Origin: the human T2T-CHM13v2.0 reference genome, Homo sapiens
Strand: one strand, 5' to 3'
NCBI RefSeq assembly: GCF_009914755.1
Contig: NC_060934.1
Length of the DNA: 64,000 nt
The position numbers were made by a program, and so were the translations under genes. Below the pieces are notes generated by a model. That model made no database searches and was not told the DNA's origin. It saw only the letters and a list, made by a program, of their open reading frames with translations. Position 1 is the first letter of the stretch; every line of letters begins with the position of its first letter. Positions 27,792 through 42,198 of the stretch are shown piece after piece.

Positions 27792-28622
27792 AGTTGCTGT
27801 GAGTAATGACTAATTAGGAAAATTTTGACAAGGGTGTAATTTTAGTTGGTGATTCGCAGCACTGAGATAATTTCATGCTTTGTGAAAATCATTTGGTGAA
27901 AAGTTAATTTGAACCTAAACTTTATTTTTGTAGGAATCCAGTCAAATTGATTTGACATTGGCTAATAGTTTTATAACAAGCAATCAGGATGAAAGGACTT
28001 CAGGAAAAAAATTTAAAAGCCTCTCTTTTTTGCCATGTGATATCTAAGTAGCATCAGAGAGACTCCAGCAGCTATCAATATACACCGAAAATGTGTAATT
28101 CAGTTTTGGCTAGGTGGGAATGGGAGAGAGAAGTCTATATATTTATTTAACCTATAATTTAGGTAACTGATGATCTACTCACTGTTCCAAATGCAAAATA
28201 CTGGCAAATATTTATTTGGCTCAATTTATCTATTTTACAAATATGTAAACATTTCAGTATGCCATATTCAATACAGTCTTTGAAATTCTTAAGTATGAGA
28301 TGGATGGACCCTTATAGAATTTGGCATCCAAAAGTAACACCAAAGCCTATCAAAGTTATCCATTTCTTCAGATTTCTGAAGGGAATCATAATTTTTAAAA
28401 TGTGTCTGGCTAATGTAATTATTATTTCCTTTGTAGTAACTATTTCTCAGTGGTAAATATATCTTTCTAAATCCTTTAATGCTACGAGGATTTTTATGAA
28501 TATTTAAAAAATTCACAATCCCACAATGTAATTCATTTTCTATGCTGTAAAATATCCAGAAAGAAGTGTTCTAATCAACAGTCTAAATGAATATTATAGG
28601 ATTAGTTTATGTACCAATAGAG

Positions 28623-28842
28623 CAGAGATTGACAAACTTTTTCTGTAAAAAGCTAGATAATAAATATTTTAGACTTGTGAGCCATATATTCTCTATCACA
28701 GCTACTCAACATTGCTATTGTAATTAAACAGCAGTTATAGATAATATGTAAAGGGAGTATATCTGTGCTCTAATTAACCCTTTTTTAAAAGAGCAAGCCA
28801 TGAGCTAAATTTGGAGCATAGTCTATAATTTTTCAATCTCTA
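28623..28842. mobile_element. MER58A
   Basis: caaactttttctgtaaa...aaatattttag...cagctactcaac. Confidence 0.8.
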
Positions 28843-28969
28843 CTATAGAGGAATAAGAAACAGTTGATACTGAATATGCATTTTGGAGATAATTCTTTTA
28901 TCATTGTGTTGAAACCATCAGCTTTTATATAAGCTACATTAAGCTCCAAAAATAACTAAATAATTGTAT

Positions 28970-29280
28970 CTGTATTTAAATATATGTGTATATATAATTA
29001 TTTAATTATTCATGGCCCTTTATGAAGCTTGAATTACATATATAACTGAATTATTATATAATTTTATAATATTTATCTATAAATATATATTATTTTCTAT
29101 ACAACTGTAGAAATTGAATATATAGTTAACTATATGTGCATTTCTGTATATACACACACATAGACATATATACACACACATATACATACATATATAGACA
29201 CATATAGTTAATTATATCATGATTATGATAAAATATATAATTGAACATCATGGACCATCCTTTCCTCTATTTTTATACTT

Positions 29281-29326
<46 letters not shown>
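28970..29326. repeat. AT-rich low-complexity tract and (CA)n at 29285-29326
   Basis: Seen directly. Confidence 0.9.
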
Positions 29327-29330
<4 letters not shown>

Positions 29331-29489
29331 TAGGGGTGAAATAAATTAGTACTACTTTGTAGCTGCTTCTATTAACTCAGTAAAATATTGCTTTAAAATT
29401 ATTGTAGATTTGAGAAAATTAATAATTCAGATTGTTCCTTATGCGCAATGGCCTGAATGGATAGCCAGATCCCATGCATTCTACTTCCT

Positions 29490-30035
29490 TGTCTTTCAAA
29501 TCTGTTTACCTCTCTATATTCCCACAACTGGCCAAGTCATCAGTATCATCTCCTTTCTTGACCACAGCAACAGTTTCTTAACTTATATTCTAAAGCCAAT
29601 TCTCCATCATGTCTTGCAAGCACTTCTGCAAATCTCCATTCTGTTGCCAAAAGATCAGTGATAAAGGAAACTCTAATCATGTCTCTTTTTCCCTCATTTG
29701 AGGCTTCCAAAGCTTCTGACTATGTTTAAGGTAAAGTCTAAAGTTTATGTGGCCTACAAAGTCTTGACTTGCTCTTGCCTACACACTTAGGCACCACTAT
29801 CCTTTCTTTCAATTTATTGGGAATTTGGGGAGTTTTGTTTGTTTTGCTTATAGACATTTGCACATACCATTCACTAGAATTCTTTGATTAATAATTGTCT
29901 CCCTAGCAAGTTTCATGAGGGTAGGTAATATACATTTCAGCATCTATCCTAGTGTTAACATATAGTAGATGATTGATATAGTAAGTGCTCAATAAGCACA
30001 TGGAAAGCATGAATGAATGAATGAACAAATGAATG
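29490..30035 (+). mobile_element. L2 3' end
   Basis: aggtaaagtctaaa...tttgcacatacc...gtaagtgctcaataa...(tgaa)n tail. Confidence 0.7.
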
Positions 30036-30919
30036 ATATCTTAGAAACTATATTTAGACAATAATTGAAAATGATATGCTTTCATGCTGAAAATTGGGCA
30101 AAACAATTCATATTACTCTTAACAATAATTAACTGTATGTATTTCCTTTTTTCCTAGCCTATAACTTTTTCTATAAAATCTTTCAAGAGCCTCTCTCCTT
30201 CCCCTTGCCCATGTAGCATTTCAGTCAGCTTTCATTAAATACAACTGATCAGGTATTATGTTTTTTCAGATCAGTAACACTAATTATCAAGTAAGAACTT
30301 TCATTCCCCTTAAAGCATTCCTAATCTGAGACCCTAGGAGGGACTTCAGAGTGATGGAGCACTGGCAATGTTCCCAGGTCTTGGATCCAACCTGCTGACA
30401 GTTTCTGGTTATAAACTATTCAGAGGAGCAAAGCTGTTAGATCAATTTGTCTTGTAGAAGTTCTAAGACAGCTTGCTCACGCACACTTTCTTTCTGATAT
30501 GTTCAGCAGTCTACAGCTCTTTTGCTGAGCTGTCAGAAGACGTGACTTTCCAGCTGTTAAAACAGCTGTCATCTTCATCCTTAAGGGAGCACAGCAATTG
30601 CTAAAGTTTTGGGGATTTTTTTTTCTTCTGGTTAGAATTTGCAAAATGCTTGAAACTTTGTCCTGTGAGAGCTGATCTTCATCATTCGATGCTGCTACAA
30701 AACCTTCTGTATATCCGTGAGTTGTGCAGGTGGAGGAGGAATTGTGGAGCAAGGGTAGAAAGTCATAAATGGACTCAGGATACAATTTGTAGAGAGAATG
30801 TTATTTCTAGATTTGGTGGGCTAAACGGTATCTTTGTTCCAAAATTCAGTTAATTGGCTCAATATTTAAAGAAGCCTTGCTAGAAAGAAATATGAAAGTA
30901 CCGGAAAGATACTGATATG

Positions 30920-31339
30920 TGTTAGTCCAAACTGCACCATTTTGTAAGCTCCCTGCTATTTTGCAGACCTTAGTCAAAGTTAAACATTTCACAGGGGTTC
31001 GGGCCATGAGAAATCTCCTGCCTAACCACCTGAACACAAGGCAGACAAAGGCCCAACGAAAGAAACATCCCTATCGGATCTTGCTGGACAAAGATCCAAG
31101 GAACACCACGATGACATCCCACCGGAACAAGGCCCAGAACCACTTCATCATGGAACATCTTATTAGTATCCTGCTGGGCAGCAAGCCATACTGCCAAGAC
31201 CCCTCCCGCCCATACCTATAAGTACCCCCAGCCTGTAAGCAGCGGTGGGCTCTGGCATTAGGCTTGTCCCCCACTTCTGCAGGTTTTATCCTGGGCAGAA
31301 AGCCTGCATTTGCTGTTGAGCCACCCTCTTTCTCTCTCT

Positions 31340-31392
<53 letters not shown>

Positions 31393-31428
31393 TTTCTTTA
31401 ACCCTTGCGTTCCCTTTCAAACCTAACA
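30920..31428 (+). mobile_element. MER83/MER84-like ERV1 solo LTR with internal (TG)n
   Basis: tgttagtccaaactgcaccattttgtaag...acctaaca; perfect TSD atatg (30915-30919 and 31429-31433); subfamily name uncertain. Confidence 0.8.
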
Positions 31429-31639
31429 ATATGTATCAGGAGCTAAATGTTTTCCCGAATCCCTATTGAATGTCTGAATACACGCAATCATATAAATTCA
31501 ATATTCTTGATTAGAAACTTAAGTTCTTGGTAAGTTTTCATGATTTTTATGTTACATTTGTGATTGTAATAGAGAGGAAAATTGATGTAAATAGATCATA
31601 TGTATATAATACCACGCATTTCCAAATCTTTTTGGAGAA

Positions 31640-31800
31640 AATAGAAATCATTTAATCAAAATACATCATTTTGCAGATGAGAAAACTTAAATCAAAACAA
31701 CAAAGTTTAAATAACTTACCCAATATCCCAGAAATAGTGAGTTTGAGCCAGCATTCAGATATCCTGACTTGTTTTCAAAAGTACTTTCTATTACATCACA
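31640..31800 (-). mobile_element. MIR
   Basis: cattttgcagatgagaaaact...aacttacccaatatcccag. Confidence 0.65.
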
Positions 31801-32686
31801 CAAAATTGTATTGCTAAAAAAGTCAATTTTATCTGTCATTCTACAAATAAACTTTTTAGTTTAATTAAGATGTATGATTTCATTTTTTAACCATGCTTTA
31901 AAATTCACAACTCTAAATTTTATACAAATGAGACCTTTTCCCTCTTGTCTTAAGAAGAGGAATAAGAGTCACACATCAACTTATACTAATTAGGTGCATT
32001 TGATATCCAAAGCAATAGAAGCTTTCAAGAAATAAAAAAAAAAAAGAAAAAGGTTATGCATATTTAATGAACTCTCACATTCTTTTCAGAAGAAATAATT
32101 TTTGTGTGGTAAATTCAAGTGAACACATTGCAAAATAAAGACCCTGCTTCCACTAGATTTTTGTCTTCAGATGTAGTTTTAGTCACCCCCTCCATTCTGC
32201 TCTCCCCAAATCAGAACAGCTTACTTGCAGTAAACTCAAGTATCTCCTAAAGCCCCAATTCTTTAATTACTAGTATAAAGCAAGCATACATTTCTCCCTT
32301 AGTTTTTTTTCTGTGAAGATATAATGACATAAACATATGTCAGTAAGTTTCATCTACATAAAAAAGAAAGGTTTCCATATAAAAAGTGACTGATATAATT
32401 AGCTGATGTGATAATAACTATTAGCTACTGTGATAATAATAACACTTGTACTACTGGTAATCGTATCTACAATTTTTCCCTTTTTGCCCTAATCAGAAAG
32501 AAGCTTTGATGTGCCTATTTGTTATGTGGTTCCTGTCCATTAAGACAGATAAAGAGGTTTATTGATCTAAAGGATACTTTGTCACACAATCATACAGTTG
32601 TCTACTGATTCACATCCTGAGCCAAAATAAGTTATCTACAGACAGGACTCTAGCTTTGTGATCTCCTGGGATAAGAAGTCAGCCCC

Positions 32687-33047
<361 letters not shown>

Positions 33048-34384
33048 TCAATATTACATACTGAGACATTAACCAAGCCCATCAGAAGCTCTGTCTTAGG
33101 GTATTTGAAGGCAAGGTTACATAAATGCAAAAAAGTGCATGACACAGTAGCTGGTATAAGGTGTGTACTAATAAGTGAAACGAATATTAGAAATTGCTAT
33201 AGAAGTAGACTGGGAAGTGCAGGATAGTCTGTATAAATAAAAAATCACCAAAGGGTTGCTGACATGGCTTCCTGAGCATCCTGACCTCCTCTTGTATCCT
33301 CAGAATTGATCCCATCCCCTTAGTCAATCTCTGTTCTCACCACCTGAAATAGCCTAACTCTATCAAAGTGGCTACCACACATTAGGCACTTTGTATATTT
33401 TGTCATATGTAATGGAAGCCATTTAATATGTTTGGGCAGAGGGAATAGTGTCACACCGTCAGCATTTTGTCACCTAACCTTGCTTAGTGAACATGTTAAT
33501 CACTTTGATGTAACAGAGGCAAATAAATTTCTCTTCATAAATTTCTAGTATTCAGAGGTATGCCTTAATTTAAGGAGGCAATTCAACCTCATGTGCCACA
33601 CTTCCAACATGTCTGAATCACCAAGGGATACTTTGAGATGAATGAAAGACTTAAGAAAAACTTACGAACACTCAAAACCTAGGAATTAAGTATTGATGGG
33701 TCTTTTAAGGATGGACATAGAAATGATAACTGCATTGTTTTTCTTTTAGTATTTGTGAACAAAGCTGAAAGGAATAATTAGATATGGTCAATACATCAAT
33801 ATATGCCAATACTTTATGTAATTGAGAAGAAAAGAACAATGCCACTTGGAGGAAAAACTGTAGTATAAAATGTATCCAAACTATAGAATGTTGAAATGGT
33901 ATCAGTGAAGCCTGCCACATTATCAGGAAGTAGCTCTTACTTCCTGAAAATAGTTACAAAAGTATACCTCCTTGCTTTTTGTTTTGAAAAAGCAAGAGTT
34001 GAACTAGAAGAGATCCAGGAAAATAAAACCATCCATAAATATGTATACGACACTTAAAATGAAGAGGTTTCAAATAGAAATTGTAAGAGAGAAAAGAGCT
34101 AGTTCAGACTTAAAGTATTTAAACTTGGGAAAGGCATATAGCAAAATGGTCTCTGTGTGTGTTTACTCCCCCTCTTTGTTTCTCTCTGCATGATCCTAGA
34201 AAACTTGAACGGAACATTACTTTTTAAACTGAAAGACCTAACATTCAGGGAAGTTAAAACAAAAAGTTTCTGTAAGCAATGTACATTTCCAAGTTGGTAT
34301 TGGTAGGTGACCTTGGGCCATGGTAGATAGCCAGTGAGTATTTACTGATTTGTAACACTTAATTTTAGAGCCTAAAGGATCTTT

Positions 34385-34800
34385 AGATAACTATCATTTA
34401 TTGAGTACATATCATGAGCCAGGCATTTTGTTTAGATTATCTCAATTTATCCTCACATCAATCCCTGAGGAGGGACTCTTCTTATCACTATTTTAAAGTT
34501 AGGGTAAATGAGGGTTGGAGAGGCCAAGTGACTTACCCAAGGTAAGAAGAGCTACCCACAGATGCTGAAGTTGAACTTCACATTCAGGGGTGAAAGCCTG
34601 TATTTTAGCCTTTGCCTTTGAGTGTCACTTATTCTAACCCCCATTCTTTCAACAAGAAAAATAAAAGAAAAGGAAAAATAGAAACAGATTTTTCAGAGAT
34701 TAAATATCTAGACTAAGGTCACATGACAAGTTTACCACATGGTTGGACTTGGAAATGGTCTCAGTGCTATCGGTTCAGAGCACTGACCTTCCTCCCATTC
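34385..34800 (-). mobile_element. MIR fragments
   Basis: catttattgagtac...gagccaggca...aagtgacttacccaaggt. Confidence 0.7.
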
Positions 34801-35069
34801 TATGTTCTGGTTTGCTTTTCTGTTTATAGGGCACTGATCTAAAAGCCATGTGGGATAAGTCTTCAGCCTGCTAGGTGATTTTCGGCAAGGTATTTTCACT
34901 TTTCTGGCTTCTATTTTCTTCAGATTTAACATTTGAACCTTAGGCTATCAACCAAGATTCTTTCCAATTCTAAAATGTGACAATTCTATCTTTCTGTGAC
35001 CTGTGACTCTACTGTCAAGCTGTATGGCAAATACCGCAGCTATGATCCCAACTTTTGATCAAGCCAATC

Positions 35070-35325
35070 AGTATAGTATAATTTTCAGAACTGGAATCAT
35101 GGCCTTAGGAGTCAGAAAACCTAGATTCAAATCTCAGCACTATTTCCTAGTGGTGAGACTTTGGGAAATGTATCTAGTAGTTCTCGATCTCAGATCTCTC
35201 ATCTGCAAAATGAAATTAAATATTGCCCCTACTTTAGAAGGTGGTAAGAATTAAGTGTCATGTCTTACATAAAATCTGAAGAACTGGCAGGGTTGAGCAC
35301 TCAGTAAGTGTTAGATAATGATGAT
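35070..35325 (+). mobile_element. MIR
   Basis: ggagtcagaaaacctagattcaaatctcagc...ctcatctgcaaaatg. Confidence 0.75.
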
Positions 35326-36219
35326 GGTGATGAGTAGGATGGAGATGGTATGATAATGGTGATATTAGGAGATGTCCTATGAGTACAAGACTTATAAATT
35401 GGCTCTCTGCTGTTAAATGCAGTATAAATTTGTTCCTAATAATAATCTTTGATAATGATGTACAATAGAGACTAAAATAGAAAAACACAGATGAAGATGA
35501 ATTATTGCATTTATACTAAAGGCTGATAGAGTCAGAACTTACACAACTAAAAACTAGTCCCTTTCTCTCTCATTCCCCACTCCCTTCCTTTCCAACCCTC
35601 CCCACCTTCTCTCTTTCCTTTTCTACCTTTTCTCTTCTTCTTCCTCTCCCCTAATAAATCTGATTTAAATAGATGATTTCCCTAGCAAGACAATGACAGT
35701 GGTTTTATAAGCATATACAATTGTATAAAGGATATGATGCCAATTTCGTAGAAAATATAAATTAATATATTTAAATTATGTACTTATACATGAACATATA
35801 CATATAAGTATACAGGTATGTTTTGTATGAAAATTTCCCTACATGTAATATATCTGGATTGTGTGAAATTCTTTGTGATTTTTACTTCTTTCTTTATACA
35901 TTTCTGCCTTTCATAAATAAGTATATTACTTGTAGTATAAGAGGGGAAGACTTTTTAGGTCAAAATCATAGCAAAAATGTTATAAGTAAACATAGTCCAT
36001 CAGAATCTTATCAATGCTTATTTCTAGGTAGTAGGATTAAAGGTAGTATCAGTTTAACTCTTTATTAGCTACTGTCTTCCCATTTTCCTAATTAAGTATG
36101 CACTAATTTTATAATGTGTTTAAGGATTATTTAAAACTATGTATCAATACTCTAAAACTATCGTAGAGAGATTTATGCCTACTGTTTAACCATTTGACTT
36201 ATGGACTTAAACAGCTCTG

Positions 36220-36410
36220 CCTGTGAGACAGCTATAACCTCACACTTCAGAAAGTCATAATTCTTTTCACATTGAGCAAGTCCTTTAATTTATACCTCAC
36301 TTTCCTCTTCTAGATAATGAAAGATAAGTATTTCCCTTGCAGAGTTATCATGAAGATTAAACGGGAAAATGTACATGGAGTGTCTATAACAATGCTTGGC
36401 ACTTAATCGA
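36220..36410 (+). mobile_element. MIR
   Basis: ttgagcaagtcctttaa...cctcactttcctcttct...tgaagattaaacg. Confidence 0.6.
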
Positions 36411-37629
36411 CCCCAAACTACCATCACCCCCCACCAATCCAACATTGTCTTTTATTTCTTCTAATGTCTGCAGGGTAAAGAAGATGGAGGCCTCTTGGCC
36501 AACAAATTGCTTCTTAATTCTACCTTCCCTTGAGTTCCTAGTATATCTCTGCAGTCCCATCCCACTGTAATCTGTTAAGAGTTCTGCAAAAGATCATAAC
36601 CATTAGGATGGCAGCACATAATCAAAAATTACTGCCTAATTTAACAAACCCTGTATGAACGTCCAAAGGAGCAAATAGCAAGTTGAATTATGACCCTGAA
36701 GCAAAGAACTGTTTACCACAGTGCTTGTTCATTAGCTAAAATGCAAGACAATTTGTCTACTCAGAGTAGTCTCAATGCGCAGTTGTTATCATCAGTACTG
36801 GTGCCCTTCTGAAATGATGTGGCTTTGAATGGAATTGCTTTGGATAAAAAAATGTCACTTCAATTCACTGTGCATTTGAATTTCATGCTGCTCACCCACG
36901 GTATCTGCCACACAAACTCTACAACACTGTGTTTATTGACAAGCCAAAAGAGCAGGATAAACTTCAAGGAGACATTTAGATCTGAATCCTCAATGAGAGA
37001 AAGTCCTGAGATTTGGTGATCATTTATGGTCTTATGGTGTATGCCAGTGTCTGTCAGATCTGAGAAGATGAAAGATGATGGATCACTAACTCCTAGCCAA
37101 AAAGGGTGGTGTTACTAAATAAGTAACTACAGCAACTATTGTGTTAGGTCAAAGGCAAAGCACACATTTTCCCCATGGATGTTTATCATGAGCTGTATCA
37201 GAGGGTCTGGCACATTGTAGGCATTTTATAAATGTTTATTCCAATAAATTGGTAAAAAAATAATAATAATTTATATTAACTTTTTATCTGGATTCTAGTT
37301 TCCTATTATATACATATCTTTTAGGAATCAGTCTGCTTTATTGAATGTCTGAGCTTGATCTTTTAAAATTCATACCTTCTATTTTTGTGGTAGTGAGACT
37401 GGATACGTGGGTACTATAGAGAAACAGTAAAAGGAATTTAGAACCTAGTCACAATGAATAAAAGTAGAATTAAATTAAATTATCATTTTCAGGAAATGTG
37501 TATGAATAGCTATAATTTACTGCTTATGATAGATCAGGCATTGTAGTATTTTATTTACAATTTTGTTTGGTCTTCCCAACACAGTTGTATCACATTGATT
37601 AATATTGTTTCTCTTTTGTAGATGGCAGA

Positions 37630-38330
37630 ACAGTTTTATTATTGCTGTTGCTAAGCAAACTATTCCCAAAATGTAGTAGTTTAAAACTACAAACATTTTA
37701 TTATTTATTTCATATTTTATTATTTCCGGGGATGGCTTTTCTTGGTTCTCCAAAGTCTGGAATCAAGTCTGGGAAGGCTTGAAGGCTCGGGTCACTCAAG
37801 GATTGAAGGAAGGAATCACCTGCGATCTCCTTTGCTCTCACATTGGGCATCAAGGCAGAAAAGACTTGAAAACCAAGACTGCTGAGTGGCTTGCCTTCCT
37901 TGCAGCGTGTCCACACCTCAGTCTTGTCAGACTTCTGACCTGGTGGCTCAGAGACCCAGGTGCAAGTATTCCAGAGACTAAGGCAGAAACTGCATCATCT
38001 TCTATGACCATACCTACTTCTGCCACACCCTATTTTTTTCCAGCTTTACTGAAGAATAATTGACAAATAAAAACTGTATATATTCAAGGTACAAGACCTG
38101 ATGATGTCATAGATGTGTACATGTAATGGTTACCACAATCAAATTAATCAACATCAGCCATAAAAAGGGAGGAAAACTTGCCATTTGTGACAACATGGAT
38201 GAGCTTGGAGGATGCTATGCTAAGTGAAATCTGTCATACTCTATTGATTGAAGAGTCACAAGCCACCCAGATTCAAAGGGAAGGTACATAGTCCCCACCA
38301 CTTGATGGGAGGAGGATCAACAAATTTGGG
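37630..38330 (-). mobile_element. Old MLT1 MaLR LTR hosting a short L1MA insertion
   Basis: attgctg...caaaatgtagtagtttaaaact...aggcagaaactgca...cccagattcaaagggaagg. Confidence 0.65.
38020..38245 (-). mobile_element. Short 5'-inverted L1MA (about L1MA9-like) with TSD
   Basis: Antisense 3' end about 38035-38154, sense piece about 38155-38230; TSD ctgccacaccctatt/ctgtcatactctatt. Confidence 0.75.
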
Positions 38331-38989
38331 GTAGATGAGACTTAAGGAAATTAAGAAACCTGATGAACTTTCAGCCCTGCAATTGGGACCCAGATCGTTT
38401 CAATCTAAATAATAGACCATTAAGTCTTCAACTCAAATGGCAAACTGAGGTTTTCATGGGGGAGGGGGGAATATTTTGGAATCTGTTTCAACAGCAAACA
38501 GAAAATTTGGGGGGAAACATTGTCATTACCAACTTAATTCATATTTTAAGGAGGTTCAGTTTGTAGGGTGAAATACTTTCCCATAACCATTTTTTCACTA
38601 TGTTCATCTTCAACAAATCCTTTTTTTTAAAAAAAGCAATAATGGTATATTGCAGTCCAGTCTCCCTGGATTGTAGAAAATTTCAAGTTAATGAAGTATC
38701 AACTAATCAAGTTGAATGCAGCAATAATTGTGCAGTTCCAGTGAGAGAAAGAAGAATGGTTATTTAGGATCTATTTTGCTTTAGAAGAGTCTGTGGCTTT
38801 TAAGGAACTTGCTAATTGTTTGTGCAAGTTCCTTAAAAATCCCTTAACCCAGTGTTTGTCAAGAACACAAATGTGTCATATTTTGGAAGTCTTTCCTTTA
38901 TAAATTGAATAATAGACTCCAGCTCTAATAAACATTGGAATGTACTCTTACACTGTGGATTGTTTTAACTGACTTAAGAGATCATCCAG

Positions 38990-39204
38990 TCCAGTAGTTA
39001 TCAAACTCTGAGGGACAGAGGGAAAAATTTTTGTCTTTGCAAGCCATTCAGTCTCTGTTGCAACTACCTAACTGCTATGGTAGCCCAAAAATGGCCATGG
39101 GCAATGCATAAACAAATAGACATGACTACATTTAACAAAAATTTATTTATAAAGACTGACAACGGGTCAGATTTGGCCCTTAGGCTGTAGTTTTCTGATC
39201 CCTG
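38990..39204. mobile_element. MER58A inserted in a MIR
   Basis: gtctctgttgcaactac...cagatttggcccttaggctgtagttt; MIR sequence on both sides (agagatcatccagtcc|...ttttgcaaatgagaaaactgaggccca). Confidence 0.7.
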
Positions 39205-40199
39205 TCCAAACCTTTTATTTTGCAAATGAGAAAACTGAGGCCCAAAGAGAATAGCATATTTTGCTTTTCCATGTGAACCTAAAAGCAATGGCTGGAATTA
39301 TCTAGATCTAGAAAAATTCCAACAATGAAGACATGTATGCTTGATTTCATGAGTTTAAACCATCTTCTGATTCTTAGCATCATTAATGAATATTTATTGA
39401 CTGCCTCCCTGAGTCTCTAACTTCTATATACTGCATTTGGCTTGCAAAGTATCCATTTAGCTGAGTTACACTGATTATACTGTTTCCTCATTATTCTTAC
39501 CAAAGCTATTTAGAGCCCTTCTGATTTCATAAGTTTTCAATGTGTGACTCTGAATGTGCTTAATTTTCTTTTATTGGAGCTTCTAATATTCTTTGCATCT
39601 CTTCATTTATCCTTCATTGAGGAACCCAGACAACAAAGGATAGTGCCTGTTAATGATGCCACATGTCCTCGCTAATGGCAGTTAGTATTTTTCTACTCAT
39701 ATCAAGCATCGGATCTCCCTGTGTGAGCACCCACCAGAGAGAAATGTCTGCAAATGTTCATAGAACAACGATCTTTCCCCTGCTCCTGCCTATCTCTATT
39801 CTCCTGAGAACCAAGATCTGAAAACACAGCAGTTTTGAAGTTTCACTGAGATGTTCCTCTCAGGGGCACTTGACCTTGTAGAGCATGAAGTGTGGTTTTG
39901 CTCTGCAGTGATTCATTCGATCAAACAACAAAGAAAGACTTTTACTCCAGCTATTTGTGAAGAAAAATTAATATATAAAACATGGAGCTGTTTAGAATAG
40001 TTCATCTTTTCCGTGTTTGGGGCTTTGCTGCCCCTCTCAATGGCAATTTCAGTTGCACAGAGAAAAAATTTGTTCTTAAGACGTAGTTGAATAAATGCAT
40101 AAATCACATTTTGCATACTCAGAGTTCGAAGAGGTCTTATGTGTCCTTTTGTAGCAGATTAGTTGCTGAAACATCTGGTAACCTATTTATGTCCCATCC

Positions 40200-40620
40200 A
40201 CTGAACAAAGAAAATACCAAAACTCCTTAGCTTGGCATTCAAGGTGCCCAACACTCATGCTTCATTCTTCCTTTTCAGCTCTATTGTGCAGAATTTTCCT
40301 CTTACAATTTTATGTTTATTATGGATTTTCCCCAGTGTTTTACGCTTCCGTCTTCAGTGTACCATTGCTCTTGCCTATAGTCTCTTCGTCCTTGCCTAAT
40401 ATCCCTTAATCCCCTTAATTTCCTACCTCTTCCTTGAGGAGCATCCCAAATGCCTATTTCCTCATGCAGTTTTTCTTGATCATGTACCTAGCAATTTCTT
40501 CAATATTCAACTCAGAAATCTTGTTATTGCTACATTTATTATGACATTTAGCACAGACTCATTTATATTATAACCATTTATAGTTTTCTTCCTCTTTAAG
40601 GTTATTGTACTCATCTCTGC
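40200..40620 (+). mobile_element. L2 fragment
   Basis: aaactccttagcttggcattcaagg. Confidence 0.6.
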
Positions 40621-42198
40621 ATCTTATTGAAACACAAACAGGTTCTTTTACTCCTCATTAAGGGCATTTAGTAATTGTTTAAGGATGAGAGGATGGTTGG
40701 ATGAATACATTTTAAAAATTGAAATTTTGCAACATTATATTTTGTAATGACTGAGAAAATCTTGATATAGTCTATATGGTATAGATCATGCTGGAAAGAT
40801 ACAGGAAATTTAATTAATATATATTTTGCAAAATACCTGAACATACTGCTGTCATTTAAAAACATAATGAGATCACCTCTCTCAGAAATGAGCTATGTCC
40901 TGAAGCACTTTACAGAATAAAAGAATTTATATGAAACCTGAAACCATTTAACTTAATGCTATAAAATATTATATGTGCTATAAAAACATGCTCAGCCATG
41001 CCTAATGAGTGAAAAAAAATCATAGAAATTAAATTTTAATGAATTTCCTCTTTCTCCTTTTCCATATATCATCTCATTTCCTTTTCTTTTATATATTATC
41101 CACTTTAAATACACTCAAATTCCTCAAGAAGTTGGCTAATATATAGTGAATAATAATATTTCTTTCACTATTTTGGAATGATAGTCTAAAGAGGGGATGC
41201 TTTAAAACTTTCTCTATAGAACAAATGCATCTTAATTAAAGCCAACAAAATATTTCCCAAAATGGCTGGATTTCAAGTAGATGTTGATGTCCACGTCACC
41301 ACAAAACATTTTTTCCTTGTCCTTGATTGAAACTAAGCCCTTGTCCTCTTTAGCTTAGGATATTCTCAAAATGTCTAGCAATTTTAATTACGATACAGAA
41401 GGAATTTTAATTATGATACAACATTTAAGTTCTCCAGTTCTACTGGTCCACAAGGAAGTTTACAATAAGAGTTTCATTGTTGTTTATTTAATAATCAAAA
41501 GAAAGTTAAGTGAGAATATAGAGAATAAGAATCATAAAAATCATAGCTATTTCAGATTGAGGAAAATTAGACAACTTCAAAAACAAGAATAGGAGAAGAC
41601 AAATGCAAGGAACTGTAGCTACAAAATTCTTGCTAAAGAAGCTTCAATTCCAAGTGCAGTTTTATCTGAATGATATACAGGACTGCACGTAGCTGGCTGT
41701 TGTCCATTAAAGTAGAGAATACTCCTTGTACTAAATAACTGGGGAAATGGACTGGTTCTTAGATTGCCTGTCAGAACCACAGCCCCTTTCTGCATGAAAC
41801 TGTTTCACCCATAGCCCTCATTTGTTGTTTGCAAAACTCTATGCAGATCCTATGCCCTTGCCCAATCCCCAAGGAATAATAGGATTTAGGGGGACAATGA
41901 TACCCCCAAAAGTAAATTTTCAGGCTGGTCAGCAACACTTGAAATGCTAAATCCTGAAAAATAAATCATGGGCTGGGTCGAGTAGATTCTCGGGAATTTA
42001 AGCTAAAACAAACTAAAAAAACCAGAAAATTAGGCCATTACCTAAAAGAGGGATGATCAAAAAATACCTTGAAACAGAATTTAATCCATGACAGGTCCTA
42101 ATATATAAAATTGCGAGTAAGCCAAGCTTATGGAAAAGGAGCATCATTGAGGGAAAAAAAAAAGATCAATTTATAGAACATGTAAAATAACAAAACAA

